A stretch of 41,894 nucleotides of DNA from NCBI GenBank assembly GCA_023247475.1, contig JAHFGK010000002.1, positions 1 to 41,894 on the forward strand, read 5' to 3'. The position numbers and the translations under genes are program-made. This DNA comes from Candidatus Omnitrophota bacterium. GTDB lineage: Bacteria; Omnitrophota; Gorgyraeia; Zapsychrales; JAHFGK01. Positions 32,068 through 40,834 of this stretch are shown in pieces; the stretch's first letter is position 1; each line of letters begins with the position of its first letter. The notes under the pieces were generated by a model. That model was not told the origin of the DNA and ran no database searches. It saw nothing but the letters and a program-made list of their open reading frames with translations.

Positions 32068-32808
32068 TTATGCCTTAACAACGGACGCAGCGAATGACGT
32101 CTTTCTTTTATTTTTTGCGATAATGTTCACAAAATTATTATAAATAGTATTCGCCTGCTTATTAAATTTATTTTTTATTTTCGCATATTGACCAAGCATT
32201 TCTCTTTGTTGAACAGCCAACTCTTGGGGATCTTTAAAATTTTCCTCAATCCATTCCGTAATCATATCATCGGTCACTTCCACATGAAATTGTAAACCAT
32301 ACGCACATGCCCCAACTTTCAATGCTTGGTGCAAACATTCTTGAGACTTGGCCAAATGTTGCCCTTCTCTGGGAATAGCAAAGGTGTCTTCATGCCATTG
32401 AAAAACATCAAATTCTTGATCGAGGCCTGCAAAAAAAGGATCACGTTGCCCTTCTTTAGTCAATTGTACTTTCGACCAACCGATCTCCTTAATAGGGGCT
32501 TTTGTAACCTTTGCATTAGAGGCTTTCGCCAATAGCTGCGACCCTAAACATATCCCTAGAAAAGGAACCCTTTCTTTAAGAACTTTTTTAAAAAATTCAT
32601 CTTCTTCCATTAAAAAAGGATATTGCTCTTCCTCATAAACATTCATCGGTCCCCCCATACTAATCACCGCATCCACCTCAGACAATTTCGTCGGCAAATG
32701 ATCACCTGCATATAATTCGACTTCACGAAAGCGTAAGTCTTTTTCCTTTAAAAAATCGGCGATCGTTCCCGGACCTTCACTGGGTGTATGTTTGATAACG
32801 AAGATCAT
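32068..32808 (-). CDS. Class-I glutamine amidotransferase (GuaA-N-like, stand-alone)
   Basis: '[13 protein letters not shown]' (nucleophile Cys) and 'GLQFHVE' (His/Glu). SD AAGGGGA lies 7 nt upstream. Confidence 0.85.
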   Translation of the reverse strand: MIFVIKHTPSEGPGTIADFLKEKDLRFREVELYAGDHLPTKLSEVDAVISMGGPMNVYEEEQYPFLMEEDEFFKKVLKERVPFLGICLGSQLLAKASNAKVTKAPIKEIGWSKVQLTKEGQRDPFFAGLDQEFDVFQWHEDTFAIPREGQHLAKSQECLHQALKVGACAYGLQFHVEVTDDMITEWIEENFKDPQELAVQQREMLGQYAKIKNKFNKQANTIYNNFVNIIAKNKRKTSFAASVVKA

Positions 32809-32820
32809 TTTGGGTTCCCC

Positions 32821-32866
32821 TTAAAACAATCAGCCCCGCCAATTCGCATTGGCGGGGCTGATTGTT
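32821..32866 (-). terminator. Perfect 19-bp hairpin downstream of glnA (probable terminator or processing site)
   Basis: AACAATCAGCCCCGCCAAT-tcgc-ATTGGCGGGGCTGATTGTT (32825-32866). In minus orientation it runs into UUUUAAGG, so the U-tract is short. It abuts the SD of the next gene. Confidence 0.55.
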
Positions 32867-32912
32867 CTTAAAAACTAACTTATGGACTCTCGCCCACAAA
32901 ACGAATCTGGTT

Positions 32913-34361
32913 TTAAATATCAAAGTAGAGATAAAATTCATGCGGATGCGGTCTTAATCGAATCGCATCAATCTCTACCTCGTGTTTATACTGAATCCAA
33001 GTATCAATAACATCCTCGGTAAAGACACCGCCTTCCAGTAAAAAGCTGCGGTCTTTATCCAAAGCATCCAACGCCTCTTCCAAAGAACGAGGAACAGTTT
33101 TAACCCTTTTCGCTTCATTTTCAGGAAGGTCATAAATGTTTTTATCAATGGGTTGCCCTGGCTCGATTTTATTTTTAATTCCGTCTAGTCCTGCCATCAA
33201 CATTGCTGCAAAAGCAAGATAAGGATTAGCGGATGGATCTGGCGGTCTGAATTCGATTCTCTTCGATTTTTCACTCTTAGAATACATCGGAATACGCACG
33301 GCTGCGGAACGATTTCTCTGCGAAAAGACCAAATTGACCGGTGCTTCATACCCAGGGACGAGTCTCTTGTAAGAATTCGTTGTTGGCGCGCAAAAAGCCA
33401 TCAGCGCATGGGCATGCTTCAACAGCCCACCAATATAATACCTCGCGGTATCGCTTAAAAGAGCGTATCCATTCTTATCAAAGAAAAGATTCTTTCCCTC
33501 TTTCCATAAGCTTTGGTGGACATGCATACCCGAACCATTATCCTTAAAGATTGGTTTAGGCATGAAGGTTGCCGTCATATTATGTTTTCGAGCTGTGTTT
33601 TTAATAATGTATTTATACCAAAGCATATTATCGGCCATTTTTACCAAGGTACCATAACGGATGTCTATTTCGCATTGTCCAGCTGTTGCCACCTCATGAT
33701 GATGGACCTCGACCGGCACACCGACTTTCCTTAAAGTCAACATAATTTCCGACCGAAGATCCTGGAGCGTGTCATGCGGCGGAACAGGGAAGTAACCTTC
33801 CTTATATCTTGGCTTGTAGCCTAGATTTGGCTTTTCATCTCTTCCTGTGTTCCAATCCCCTTCATTGGAATCAATAAAATAATATCCGCAGTTTTCGGTC
33901 TGATCGAAACGGATATCATTAAGGATAAAAAACTCTGCTTCCGGTCCCCAGTAACTCGTCGTTGCAATTTTTGTTTTTACTAAATAATGCTCAGCCTTTT
34001 TAGCGATATAACGCGGATCTCGAGAATAAGGCTCTCGGGTGACAGGATCAAAAATATCACAAAGAATGCTGATCGTTGGAATCTGGCATACAGGATCAAC
34101 AACAGCCGTTGAAGGATCAAGCATTAAAATCATATCGCTTTCTTGAATTTTCTGAAAACCTCGGATGCTGGAGCCATCAAATCCAATACCATCATTCCAA
34201 ATACTGGTGGGGCTCTCGATGTCATCGATAACATCCGCCGCGGGAATCGAAAAATGCTGCCACAAACCAGGAAGATCATTGAACTTAAGATCGACCACCT
34301 GAATATTGTTTTTCTTGATAAGCTCTACGATGCTCTTAATTGTCTTTACTTTGCCATCCAT
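32913..34361 (-). CDS. glnA: Glutamine synthetase type I
   Basis: Motifs 'GSGMHVHQS', '[13 protein letters not shown]' and the adenylylation-loop-like 'NIYDLP'. ATG 34361 gives a canonical N-terminus. In-frame ATG 34433 has the stronger SD (AGGAGA, 7 nt), so the start is ambiguous. Confidence 0.95.
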   Translation of the reverse strand: MDGKVKTIKSIVELIKKNNIQVVDLKFNDLPGLWQHFSIPAADVIDDIESPTSIWNDGIGFDGSSIRGFQKIQESDMILMLDPSTAVVDPVCQIPTISILCDIFDPVTREPYSRDPRYIAKKAEHYLVKTKIATTSYWGPEAEFFILNDIRFDQTENCGYYFIDSNEGDWNTGRDEKPNLGYKPRYKEGYFPVPPHDTLQDLRSEIMLTLRKVGVPVEVHHHEVATAGQCEIDIRYGTLVKMADNMLWYKYIIKNTARKHNMTATFMPKPIFKDNGSGMHVHQSLWKEGKNLFFDKNGYALLSDTARYYIGGLLKHAHALMAFCAPTTNSYKRLVPGYEAPVNLVFSQRNRSAAVRIPMYSKSEKSKRIEFRPPDPSANPYLAFAAMLMAGLDGIKNKIEPGQPIDKNIYDLPENEAKRVKTVPRSLEEALDALDKDRSFLLEGGVFTEDVIDTWIQYKHEVEIDAIRLRPHPHEFYLYFDI

Positions 34362-34541
34362 ATTTTGTTTTCCTTCCAGCGCTGCACCAGTGCGCTTTCC
34401 TCCTCTGTCAATTTTCGTTACCAGTGTAGTCATACTCACTTCTCCTTTTTATTTCGTTAATAGATTTTTATAATTTTCTTCTCTATAATAATCCTCGTTC
34501 GCCTCCTTTTTTCTCAACTTTATTGACGAAATTTTAGGTTC

Positions 34542-34575
34542 GCTATAGCGTATAGCTTTTTATTATTTTTGTCAA
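34542..34575 (-). promoter_or_regulatory. Candidate glnA promoter (TTGACA-17-TACGCT) overlapped by the perfect palindrome GCTATA-GCG-TATAGC
   Basis: On the minus strand the -35 is at 34575-34570 and the -10 at 34552-47. The 15-nt 6-3-6 palindrome at 34542-34556 covers the -10. Confidence 0.35.
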
Positions 34576-34732
34576 TATTTTTCAGCTTATGGCTTAAACA
34601 CTTAAGCCCTTCGAAACAAGATGCTTTTATTCCTAAAAAAATTTACTTTTTTAAAAAAATAAATGCTATCGTAGCAGCTTTTACCGACCTTTTTTACATT
34701 ACTAAGACCGACCAAATACTAACTTCGCACAC

Positions 34733-35074
34733 CTATCCTATTGCCTTCGGTCCTTCTTCTTCCGTTCGAATGCGAATACAACGATGTAAATCCAAAACAA
34801 AAATCTTACCATCACCGATATTTCCGGTTTTGGCGCCTCTAACAATGGCTTTGATGGTCGGCTCAACAAAGTTCTCATTCACCGCAATTTCCAGGCGAAC
34901 CTTTCTTAACAGGTTCCCTGTTTCCTTGGCCCCACGATAAAATTCCGTGACACCTTTTTGTTGACCGTGGCCTAAGACCTCGTTGACGGTAATGAGATTC
35001 ACCTCGGCCTTGTACAGTTCTTTTTTAACATCCTCTAATTTATGAGGTTGAATTATCGCTATGATTAGCTTCAT
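34733..35074 (-). CDS. glnK: PII nitrogen regulatory protein
   Basis: 113 aa. Motifs '[17 protein letters not shown]', T-loop '[17 protein letters not shown]' and 'GDGKIFV'. It lies immediately downstream of amtB. Confidence 0.95.
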   Translation of the reverse strand: MKLIIAIIQPHKLEDVKKELYKAEVNLITVNEVLGHGQQKGVTEFYRGAKETGNLLRKVRLEIAVNENFVEPTIKAIVRGAKTGNIGDGKIFVLDLHRCIRIRTEEEGPKAIG

Positions 35075-35101
35075 TATAGCCTCCTAGTCTTTAATTAACT
35101 A

Positions 35102-36337
35102 TTATTCTAAAACGGTATAAGCTTGTTCGTGATGCTGCGTCAAATCCAATCCCATCGCTTCATCTCTTTCATCGACTCTCCCGCCCATAATGGCATCGAC
35201 AACTTTATAGAGAATAAGGGTGACAACAAAACTATAAACTAACGTGATGACAACCGCTTTTAACTGAATAATAAATTGAACAGGATTACCATAAAAAAGG
35301 CCATCATTACCAGCGGAATTGATCGTCTTGGTGGCAAATAAACCTGTTGCCAAAGCGCCCCAGGCTCCTCCAATGCAGTGAACACCAAAGGCATCTAAGG
35401 AATCATCATAGCCTAATTTTGGTTTAACAATCCCAACAGCAATAAAACAGAAAACACTCACCAACAGACCTATGAAAATAGCTCCAATCACATTGACAAA
35501 TCCTGAGGCAGGGGTAATAGCAACCAGTCCTGCCACAGCCCCTGTCGCTGTACCAAAGATTGTTGGTTTCCCATTAAATTTCCACTCCAAGAGGGCCCAG
35601 CTTAAACCCGCCGCTGCCGTTGCCGTATGAGTGACCACAAAAGCACTTGTAGCTAACGCGCCAGCCGCTAAAGCACTACCTGCATTAAACCCAAACCAAC
35701 CAAACCAAAGCAAAGAAGCTCCTAGAACTACAAAAGGCAGATTATGGAGTGGCGTTGGTTTATTATCATATCCCTTTCTTTTCCCAATGACCAAAGCAGC
35801 CGCTAATCCGGCGATCCCGGCATTAATATGGACGACCGTACCTCCCGCAAAATCCAGTGCTCCCATATTTCTAACCCATCCGCCAACAGCCCAGACCATA
35901 TGACAAATCGGATCATACACAAAAGTAGCCCATAGAAGAATAAAAACAAGGAAAGCAGAAAATTTCATCCTTTCTGCAAAAGCACCAATAATGAGAGCTG
36001 GGGTAATAATGGCAAACATCGCCTGGAAAATCATAAATGCCTGATGCGGGATCGTCGCGGAATAATCAGGATAGGGTTCCAACCCTACACCGTTTAAAAA
36101 TGCCCACTTAAGACCACCGATAAATGCATTACCTGGACCGAAAGCAAGACTATACCCAAATAAAACCCATTGAAGACTTACGACGCACAAGATAATAAAA
36201 CATTGCATAAGAACACTAAGAACATTTTTGCGCCTCACCATACCGCCATAGAAAAAGGCGAGGCCAGGGGTCATCAGCATGACCAACGCCGATGAGGCCA
36301 ATACCCATGCTGTATCACCAGTATTAATTGCGTCCAT
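35102..36337 (-). CDS. amtB: Ammonium transporter
   Basis: 411 aa, about 11 TM helices. Motifs 'DFAGGTVVHINAG', 'FGWFGFNAGS' and 'DAFGVHCIGGAWG'. SD AGGAGGG upstream. Confidence 0.96.
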   Translation of the reverse strand: MDAINTGDTAWVLASSALVMLMTPGLAFFYGGMVRRKNVLSVLMQCFIILCVVSLQWVLFGYSLAFGPGNAFIGGLKWAFLNGVGLEPYPDYSATIPHQAFMIFQAMFAIITPALIIGAFAERMKFSAFLVFILLWATFVYDPICHMVWAVGGWVRNMGALDFAGGTVVHINAGIAGLAAALVIGKRKGYDNKPTPLHNLPFVVLGASLLWFGWFGFNAGSALAAGALATSAFVVTHTATAAAGLSWALLEWKFNGKPTIFGTATGAVAGLVAITPASGFVNVIGAIFIGLLVSVFCFIAVGIVKPKLGYDDSLDAFGVHCIGGAWGALATGLFATKTINSAGNDGLFYGNPVQFIIQLKAVVITLVYSFVVTLILYKVVDAIMGGRVDERDEAMGLDLTQHHEQAYTVLE

Positions 36338-36439
36338 TCTTGTACCCTCCTGTTTTCCCTTCTGTTAGTTAACTTTATTAAGCCTATTTTTGAAACTCCT
36401 TAAAGGACATTTTTCCTTCTCGACCTCTTAAACTTTATT

Positions 36440-36453
36440 GGACCTCATCGCCC
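36440..36453 (-). promoter_or_regulatory. Mini-hairpin GGGC-GAUGAG-GUCC immediately after the T3 U-tract
   Basis: Second copy of the 15-nt repeat UGGGCGAUGAKGUCC (36440-36454 versus 36626-36640, 14/15 identical). Confidence 0.4.
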
Positions 36454-36486
36454 AATAAAAAAGCCCCGACATTTATTGTCGGGGCT
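36454..36486 (-). terminator. amtB leader terminator T3
   Basis: 10-bp stem AGCCCCGACA / TGTCGGGGCT with loop AUAAA. On the minus strand it is followed by UUUUUAUU. Confidence 0.65.
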
Positions 36487-36495
36487 TCAATGCCC
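36482..36495 (-). promoter_or_regulatory. Mini-hairpin GGGC-AUUGAA-GCCC (A1/G4) overlapping the 5' arm of T3
   Basis: Its 3' strand GCCC forms the first 4 paired nt after the A of the T3 5' arm AGCCCCGACA, so the two structures are mutually exclusive. Confidence 0.5.
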
Positions 36496-36588
36496 TTTTT
36501 AAAATTTTTTCTTTAGTAGTCATCCTCTTCGCCAAACACTATCATGTTTGGCTTGAGGGCGTTTTCATCTCGATTAACTACTTAGGAT

Positions 36589-36628
36589 GAAAACGAAAAA
36601 TCCCGACGAGACTTTCGGCTTGTCGGGA
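36589..36628 (-). terminator. amtB leader terminator T2
   Basis: 7-bp GC-rich stem UCCCGAC / GUCGGGA with a 14-nt loop, followed by UUUUUCGUUUUC. Confidence 0.55.
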
Positions 36629-36639
36629 CATCATCGCCC
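36626..36639 (-). promoter_or_regulatory. Mini-hairpin GGGC-GAUGAU-GUCC overlapping the 5' arm of T2
   Basis: Its 3' strand (GUCC) shares 3 nt with the T2 5' arm UCCCGAC. It is part of the 15-nt repeat UGGGCGAUGAKGUCC. Confidence 0.45.
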
Positions 36640-36640
36640 A

Positions 36641-36681
36641 CTAAAAAGAAAAACTCTTAAAACCGTCATTGGTCTTAAGAG
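36641..36681 (-). terminator. amtB leader terminator T1 (hexaloop AAUGAC)
   Basis: 11-bp stem CUCUUAAGACC / GGUUUUAAGAG. It contains a G.U pair only in the minus-strand RNA; the same position is an A/C mismatch on +. It is followed by UUUUUCUUUUU. Confidence 0.6.
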
Positions 36682-36694
36682 GACTTCCTTGCCC
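36681..36694 (-). promoter_or_regulatory. Mini-hairpin GGGC-AAGGAA-GUCC (ANTAR-type hexaloop, A1/G4), abutting T1
   Basis: Read directly on the minus strand. 4-bp stem including G.U. Its last C is the first base of the T1 stem. Confidence 0.45.
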
Positions 36695-36707
36695 TTTAAG
36701 TATTGAA

Positions 36708-36736
36708 AGTATATCTGCGCTGAATCATTTTGTCAA
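36708..36736 (-). promoter_or_regulatory. Near-consensus sigma70 promoter for amtB-glnK (TTGACA-17-TATACT)
   Basis: On the minus strand the -35 is at 36736-36731 and the -10 at 36713-36708, with a 17-nt spacer. It lies about 90 nt after the ANTAR gene stop and about 365 nt before the amtB ATG. Confidence 0.6.
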
Positions 36737-36827
36737 GAAAATTTTTCGATGAGCTCTTTACCACTATCAAATCCAAATTATCCTTCAGAACAAAAGAGCC
36801 ATCGCACCGAGCAAAGCGAGGTGTACC

Positions 36828-38069
36828 TCATTTCCTCAACTCATCCATCAAAATGATCGATTCCGCGATTTCTTTCATTGAACGGCAGGTGTCCATACTT
36901 TTTTTATGGATCATGCGGTAGGCGGTTTCTTCGGAGAGACTGTTCATGCGCATCAAAATTCCTTTAGCGCGTTCAATTAACTTGCGGGTTTCTAATGCCT
37001 CTTTGGCCTTGAGCGCCTCTTCCATCAATTTAGTATTCTCAACAGCCACGGCCGCCTGATTGGCGACCATTTGTAAAACATCCATTTCCTCGTCGCTAAA
37101 ATGGTGCGGTGTTTTGGTATAAACGTTAATAATACCAATCGCTTTATCTTTGACAATCATCGGGACAGAAAGCATCGACGTCAATTCTTCTTTAATGGCT
37201 AAATCACGGTAGAAATATTTTTCTTCTTGGCGCACATCATACACCGCCATCGGTTTACGAGACTTGATGACTTCGCCGCTCAAACTGTTATTGACTTTAA
37301 GGTTTGGCTTTTTCTTATATTCTTCACTTAAGCTCTGCGTGGCTTTAATCCCTAATTCATCATTTTTCTCATCCAAAAGCATAATGGAGCATATTTTGGA
37401 ATTTAACATCTCCGCCGTCACAACGACAATGAGATTAAGAATTTCGTCCAGATAATGTTCGGAGATAATGGATTTGCTGACCTTGGCTAAACTGTCGAAT
37501 TGCGATGCCTTCTTTTTAGATTCTTCATAAAGCTGGGCATTTTCGATGACACCGCCAACTTGTTTGGCAATTGTCTTGATAAGATTAATCGTGCTGAGAG
37601 AATATTCATGCGGTTTTCTATGCTGGACATTAATAACGCCGATCACTTTCCCTTTATAAACAATCGGAACCGAAAGAAAGGCTTCGTAGCGATCTTCGGG
37701 TAAGACATCGAAACCTTTAAAGCGTGAATCTTGATAAGCGTTTTTCTTGATAGCAACGGGTCTGTTTTCTTGCGCCACCCACCCGGTGATCCCCTCGCCG
37801 ATTTTTAAATTGATTTTACCCAGCATATTCCGGTGGGGTGTCTTGGAGGCCATAAGGGTAAGAATTTCTTTCTTGTCATCATAAAGATAAATAAAAACCG
37901 AATCGGCCCCAGTTGTATCATTAACAATCTCGACAATCTCATTAAGATTGCGGGTTAAATCCATGTCCGAACAGCTAAGATCAACGATCTTGCGTAAAAT
38001 TTCTAGCTCTTGCAGCTGCGCAATATCGAGCCTTTCATGTTCCGAATGTTCTATTAAATCTTCACGCAT
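36828..38069 (-). CDS. GAF-GAF-ANTAR RNA-binding antitermination regulator (no receiver domain)
   Basis: Two GAF-like units ('GITGWVAQENRPV...VGVINVQH' and 'SLSGEVIKSRKPM...IGIINVYT'). C-terminal ANTAR 'LETRKLIERAKGILMRMNSLSEETAYRMIHKKSMDTCRSMKEIAESII'. Confidence 0.88.
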   Translation of the reverse strand: MREDLIEHSEHERLDIAQLQELEILRKIVDLSCSDMDLTRNLNEIVEIVNDTTGADSVFIYLYDDKKEILTLMASKTPHRNMLGKINLKIGEGITGWVAQENRPVAIKKNAYQDSRFKGFDVLPEDRYEAFLSVPIVYKGKVIGVINVQHRKPHEYSLSTINLIKTIAKQVGGVIENAQLYEESKKKASQFDSLAKVSKSIISEHYLDEILNLIVVVTAEMLNSKICSIMLLDEKNDELGIKATQSLSEEYKKKPNLKVNNSLSGEVIKSRKPMAVYDVRQEEKYFYRDLAIKEELTSMLSVPMIVKDKAIGIINVYTKTPHHFSDEEMDVLQMVANQAAVAVENTKLMEEALKAKEALETRKLIERAKGILMRMNSLSEETAYRMIHKKSMDTCRSMKEIAESIILMDELRK

Positions 38070-38110
38070 AGAGAAATCAATAACTCCTATTGAGGAATCA
38101 TTAAAATCCG

Positions 38111-38602
38111 TCAGCCAACTTTCATCAAGGACGGTATAACAACTTCGATAGTTTCTCCCTTTTTTACACTACCTTCACAAAGAACTTTCGCATAAAAACC
38201 ACAGCGGCCGACAATGGCCTCTTTTAATCGCCCATCAATGGTATCCAAGACATAACAAGGATTTCTCTGTTTAGTCAGTTCTAAAACAACACCCCCAGAA
38301 AATTTGAGGATTGTTCCTACAGGCAAATTTTGGACATAAAGGTTTCGTACGGTTAAATTCTCACCAATCGTTCCACAAGATAAAGGAAAGCCTTCTTTGC
38401 GGAGTTCTTCCAAAAACTCAATATCTTGTAAGCAAACCGCTTGAGTCGGCCGATTATGCTTTTCATGGTTATGGCCATCGCCTTCTAATCCTGCCCACGT
38501 CACTGAAACGACATCAACTGGTAATTTAGGAATCCCACCCGATGAAAGACAAACGGCCACCACATACGCTTTTTGTTCTAAACTCGAATTAAACATGATC
38601 AT
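38111..38602 (-). CDS. MOSC-domain protein (YiiM-like)
   Basis: 163 aa. Motifs 'GLEGDGH', 'GTIGENLTV' and 'RNPCYVLD' are typical of the MOSC beta-barrel. Confidence 0.8.
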   Translation of the reverse strand: MIMFNSSLEQKAYVVAVCLSSGGIPKLPVDVVSVTWAGLEGDGHNHEKHNRPTQAVCLQDIEFLEELRKEGFPLSCGTIGENLTVRNLYVQNLPVGTILKFSGGVVLELTKQRNPCYVLDTIDGRLKEAIVGRCGFYAKVLCEGSVKKGETIEVVIPSLMKVG

Positions 38603-38617
38603 TTGAAAAAGTCTCTC

Positions 38618-40834
38618 TCAATAAGGATTATGAGATACGTTGGCTGCACAAATTTTATACGAAGGTTGTCGTGAATAAGGATCAAATGCCGGGAAGGTAA
38701 GCTTATTAGTTTCCTCATAATGCATCGGCATAAAAATTTGTCCTCGCTTAACCGTTGGCACAATTGAGGCTAAGGCCTTAATTTTCCCTCTTCGTGTAGC
38801 AACAAAGACCCATTGATTCTGCTCAATATTTATTTTTTGGGCATCCGTCGGATTGATCTCGACGTAAACGTCCTTCGAATACATCGTTCTTAATATTGCC
38901 GATTTACTTGTACGCGTTTGTGTATGCCACTGAGAAGATGATCCCCGACCAGTTAAAAGCACAAAAGGATATGCCTCATCCGTTGGTTCCGGAGAGGAGC
39001 GAATATTTTCAAAGATAAATCGTGCTTTCCCATCGGCATGATAATACCTCCCATCTTCAAATAATCGACGTTCATTGTTTTTTAATTCTATTCCCTCAGG
39101 AAAAGGCCATTGAATGCCCCTGGCCTCATCAATCATCTTATAATCTTTGATCCCCGTGATGTCACAGGGCATTCCTTTGGAGATTCTCTTCAAAATTTGA
39201 AAAATAGCTTCAGGTGAGGTCCATTCTTCAAAAAGCTTTTCACATCCCCAATATTGAGCGATCAGTTTAAAAATATAAAAATCGGCCAGCGCCTCTCCCG
39301 GCGCTTTCGCGATCCTTTTAAATAATCCAATGCGTCTTTCGGAATTAATCACGGTTCCCTCTTTTTCTCCCCAGCCTGCGGCAGGAAGAATAAGATCAGC
39401 AAGCTTAGCGGTCTCTGTCGTATAATACATATCTTGCACTACCAAAAATTCTAGATTAGTAATAATCTGACGGAATTCATTTTGATTAATCCAAGAATGT
39501 GCAGGGTTCGTTGCGATCACCCAAAGTCCTTTAATCTTACTGGAGACAATTTTCTCTATAATCTCATCATAGGCTAAACTGTTTTGCTTAGGGATCAACT
39601 CGGGATCGATCCCCAAAATCGAAGCCACTTTCTGACAATGGTGGGGATTTAAAAAATCATGGCCACCCAAAAGATTTGTTGTATTACTAAACAACCTTGA
39701 GCCCATAGCATTGCATTGTCCCGTAATGGAATTGGCGCCGGTGCCGGGCTTTCCAATATTTCCCGTCATCAAAGCCAAATTAATCAAGGCCTGGGCGGTT
39801 CGAACCCCCTCATAACTCTGGTTCACGCCCATAGTCCACCAAAAAGAGACGCGTTTCCCAGAATGAATAATCGAAGCTAATTCATAAATCTGATGAATGT
39901 CTAGCCCCGTAACTTGACTGACATACTCTGGAGTAAACTTTTGCACATGGGCTTTGAATTCTTCAAAACCATTCGTGTGGTTTTCGATATACTTTTTATC
40001 AATCCATTCTTTCTCAATCAGGATATGCGCCAGGCCATAGAATAAGGTAAGATCTGTTTTGGGAACCAAGGCATAATGTTTGGTGGCGGCCATAGCGGTC
40101 TCGGTTTTTCGAGGATCAATGACAATGATTTCTGGGTTGTGTGGATTACGGTAGACCCTTTCCCACATAATCGGATGGGCAATACACGGATTGGCGCCGA
40201 CAAAAACTAAGACATCGCTTTTTTCAAAATCTTTATACGTATAGGGCGGGGCATCGAAACCAAACGATTGTTTATACGCCACAACAGCGGTGGCCATGCA
40301 TTGCCGGGTATTTCCATCGCCATGAATCATCCCCATCCCAAATTTCGCCAAAGCCCCCAAATACGCCATTTCCTCTGTACAGATTTGACCTGTGCTTAAA
40401 AACGCTATACTCTCTTGGCCATAGGTCTGCTGAATCTTTTTAAAACGGTTAACAAAAGTCTTAAGAGCCGTATCCCAATCCACGGGAACTAATTTCCCCG
40501 ATGGAACTCTTAAATAGGGTGTGGTCGCACGGTCCGGAGCTTTTAATGGCGTTAAGGCCTCCCATCCTTTCGGACAGGCCTGGCCCAAATTCACAGGATA
40601 ATCCAAAGTCGGGGTTAAATTCACCGCCTCTTTTTCTTTGATATGAATGGTCAGAGCGCAACCCACTGAACAAAACCCACAGACCATATCAGTCGTTTGA
40701 TCAGGTAAAAAACGTTTAGGTAATTTCCCCAGACCCACCACAGAGGATTCCAATGCCAACTCTTGTGTGAATGGCCCATCCTTTTGATAAACGAGATCTT
40801 TGATCTTTTTGATTAACCGATTCTTTTCACTCAT
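38618..40834 (-). CDS. Molybdopterin (bis-MGD) oxidoreductase, assimilatory nitrate reductase NasA/NarB-like catalytic subunit
   Basis: 4Fe-4S motif 'CGFCSVGC...CPKG'. Mo-ligand region '[30 protein letters not shown]' resembles the Nas/Nap 'R.CM.SAV.GY...G.DAPP..Y.D.E' pattern. C-terminus '[15 protein letters not shown]'. No twin-arginine signal. Its ATG overlaps the upstream stop (ATGA). Confidence 0.75.
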   Translation of the reverse strand: MSEKNRLIKKIKDLVYQKDGPFTQELALESSVVGLGKLPKRFLPDQTTDMVCGFCSVGCALTIHIKEKEAVNLTPTLDYPVNLGQACPKGWEALTPLKAPDRATTPYLRVPSGKLVPVDWDTALKTFVNRFKKIQQTYGQESIAFLSTGQICTEEMAYLGALAKFGMGMIHGDGNTRQCMATAVVAYKQSFGFDAPPYTYKDFEKSDVLVFVGANPCIAHPIMWERVYRNPHNPEIIVIDPRKTETAMAATKHYALVPKTDLTLFYGLAHILIEKEWIDKKYIENHTNGFEEFKAHVQKFTPEYVSQVTGLDIHQIYELASIIHSGKRVSFWWTMGVNQSYEGVRTAQALINLALMTGNIGKPGTGANSITGQCNAMGSRLFSNTTNLLGGHDFLNPHHCQKVASILGIDPELIPKQNSLAYDEIIEKIVSSKIKGLWVIATNPAHSWINQNEFRQIITNLEFLVVQDMYYTTETAKLADLILPAAGWGEKEGTVINSERRIGLFKRIAKAPGEALADFYIFKLIAQYWGCEKLFEEWTSPEAIFQILKRISKGMPCDITGIKDYKMIDEARGIQWPFPEGIELKNNERRLFEDGRYYHADGKARFIFENIRSSPEPTDEAYPFVLLTGRGSSSQWHTQTRTSKSAILRTMYSKDVYVEINPTDAQKINIEQNQWVFVATRRGKIKALASIVPTVKRGQIFMPMHYEETNKLTFPAFDPYSRQPSYKICAANVSHNPY

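Noticed and set aside
34569-34940. + strand 123-aa ORF spanning the glnA-glnK spacer and the antisense of glnK
   Set aside because: It overlaps the well-supported PII gene on the opposite strand, begins in AT-rich non-coding sequence and has no recognisable motifs.
36338-36707. Glutamine riboswitch (glnA RNA motif) or another known nitrogen riboswitch in the amtB leader
   Set aside because: I could not recognise the conserved three-stem glutamine-riboswitch core. The structure is better explained by terminators plus ANTAR-type hairpins. A cmsearch against Rfam would settle this.
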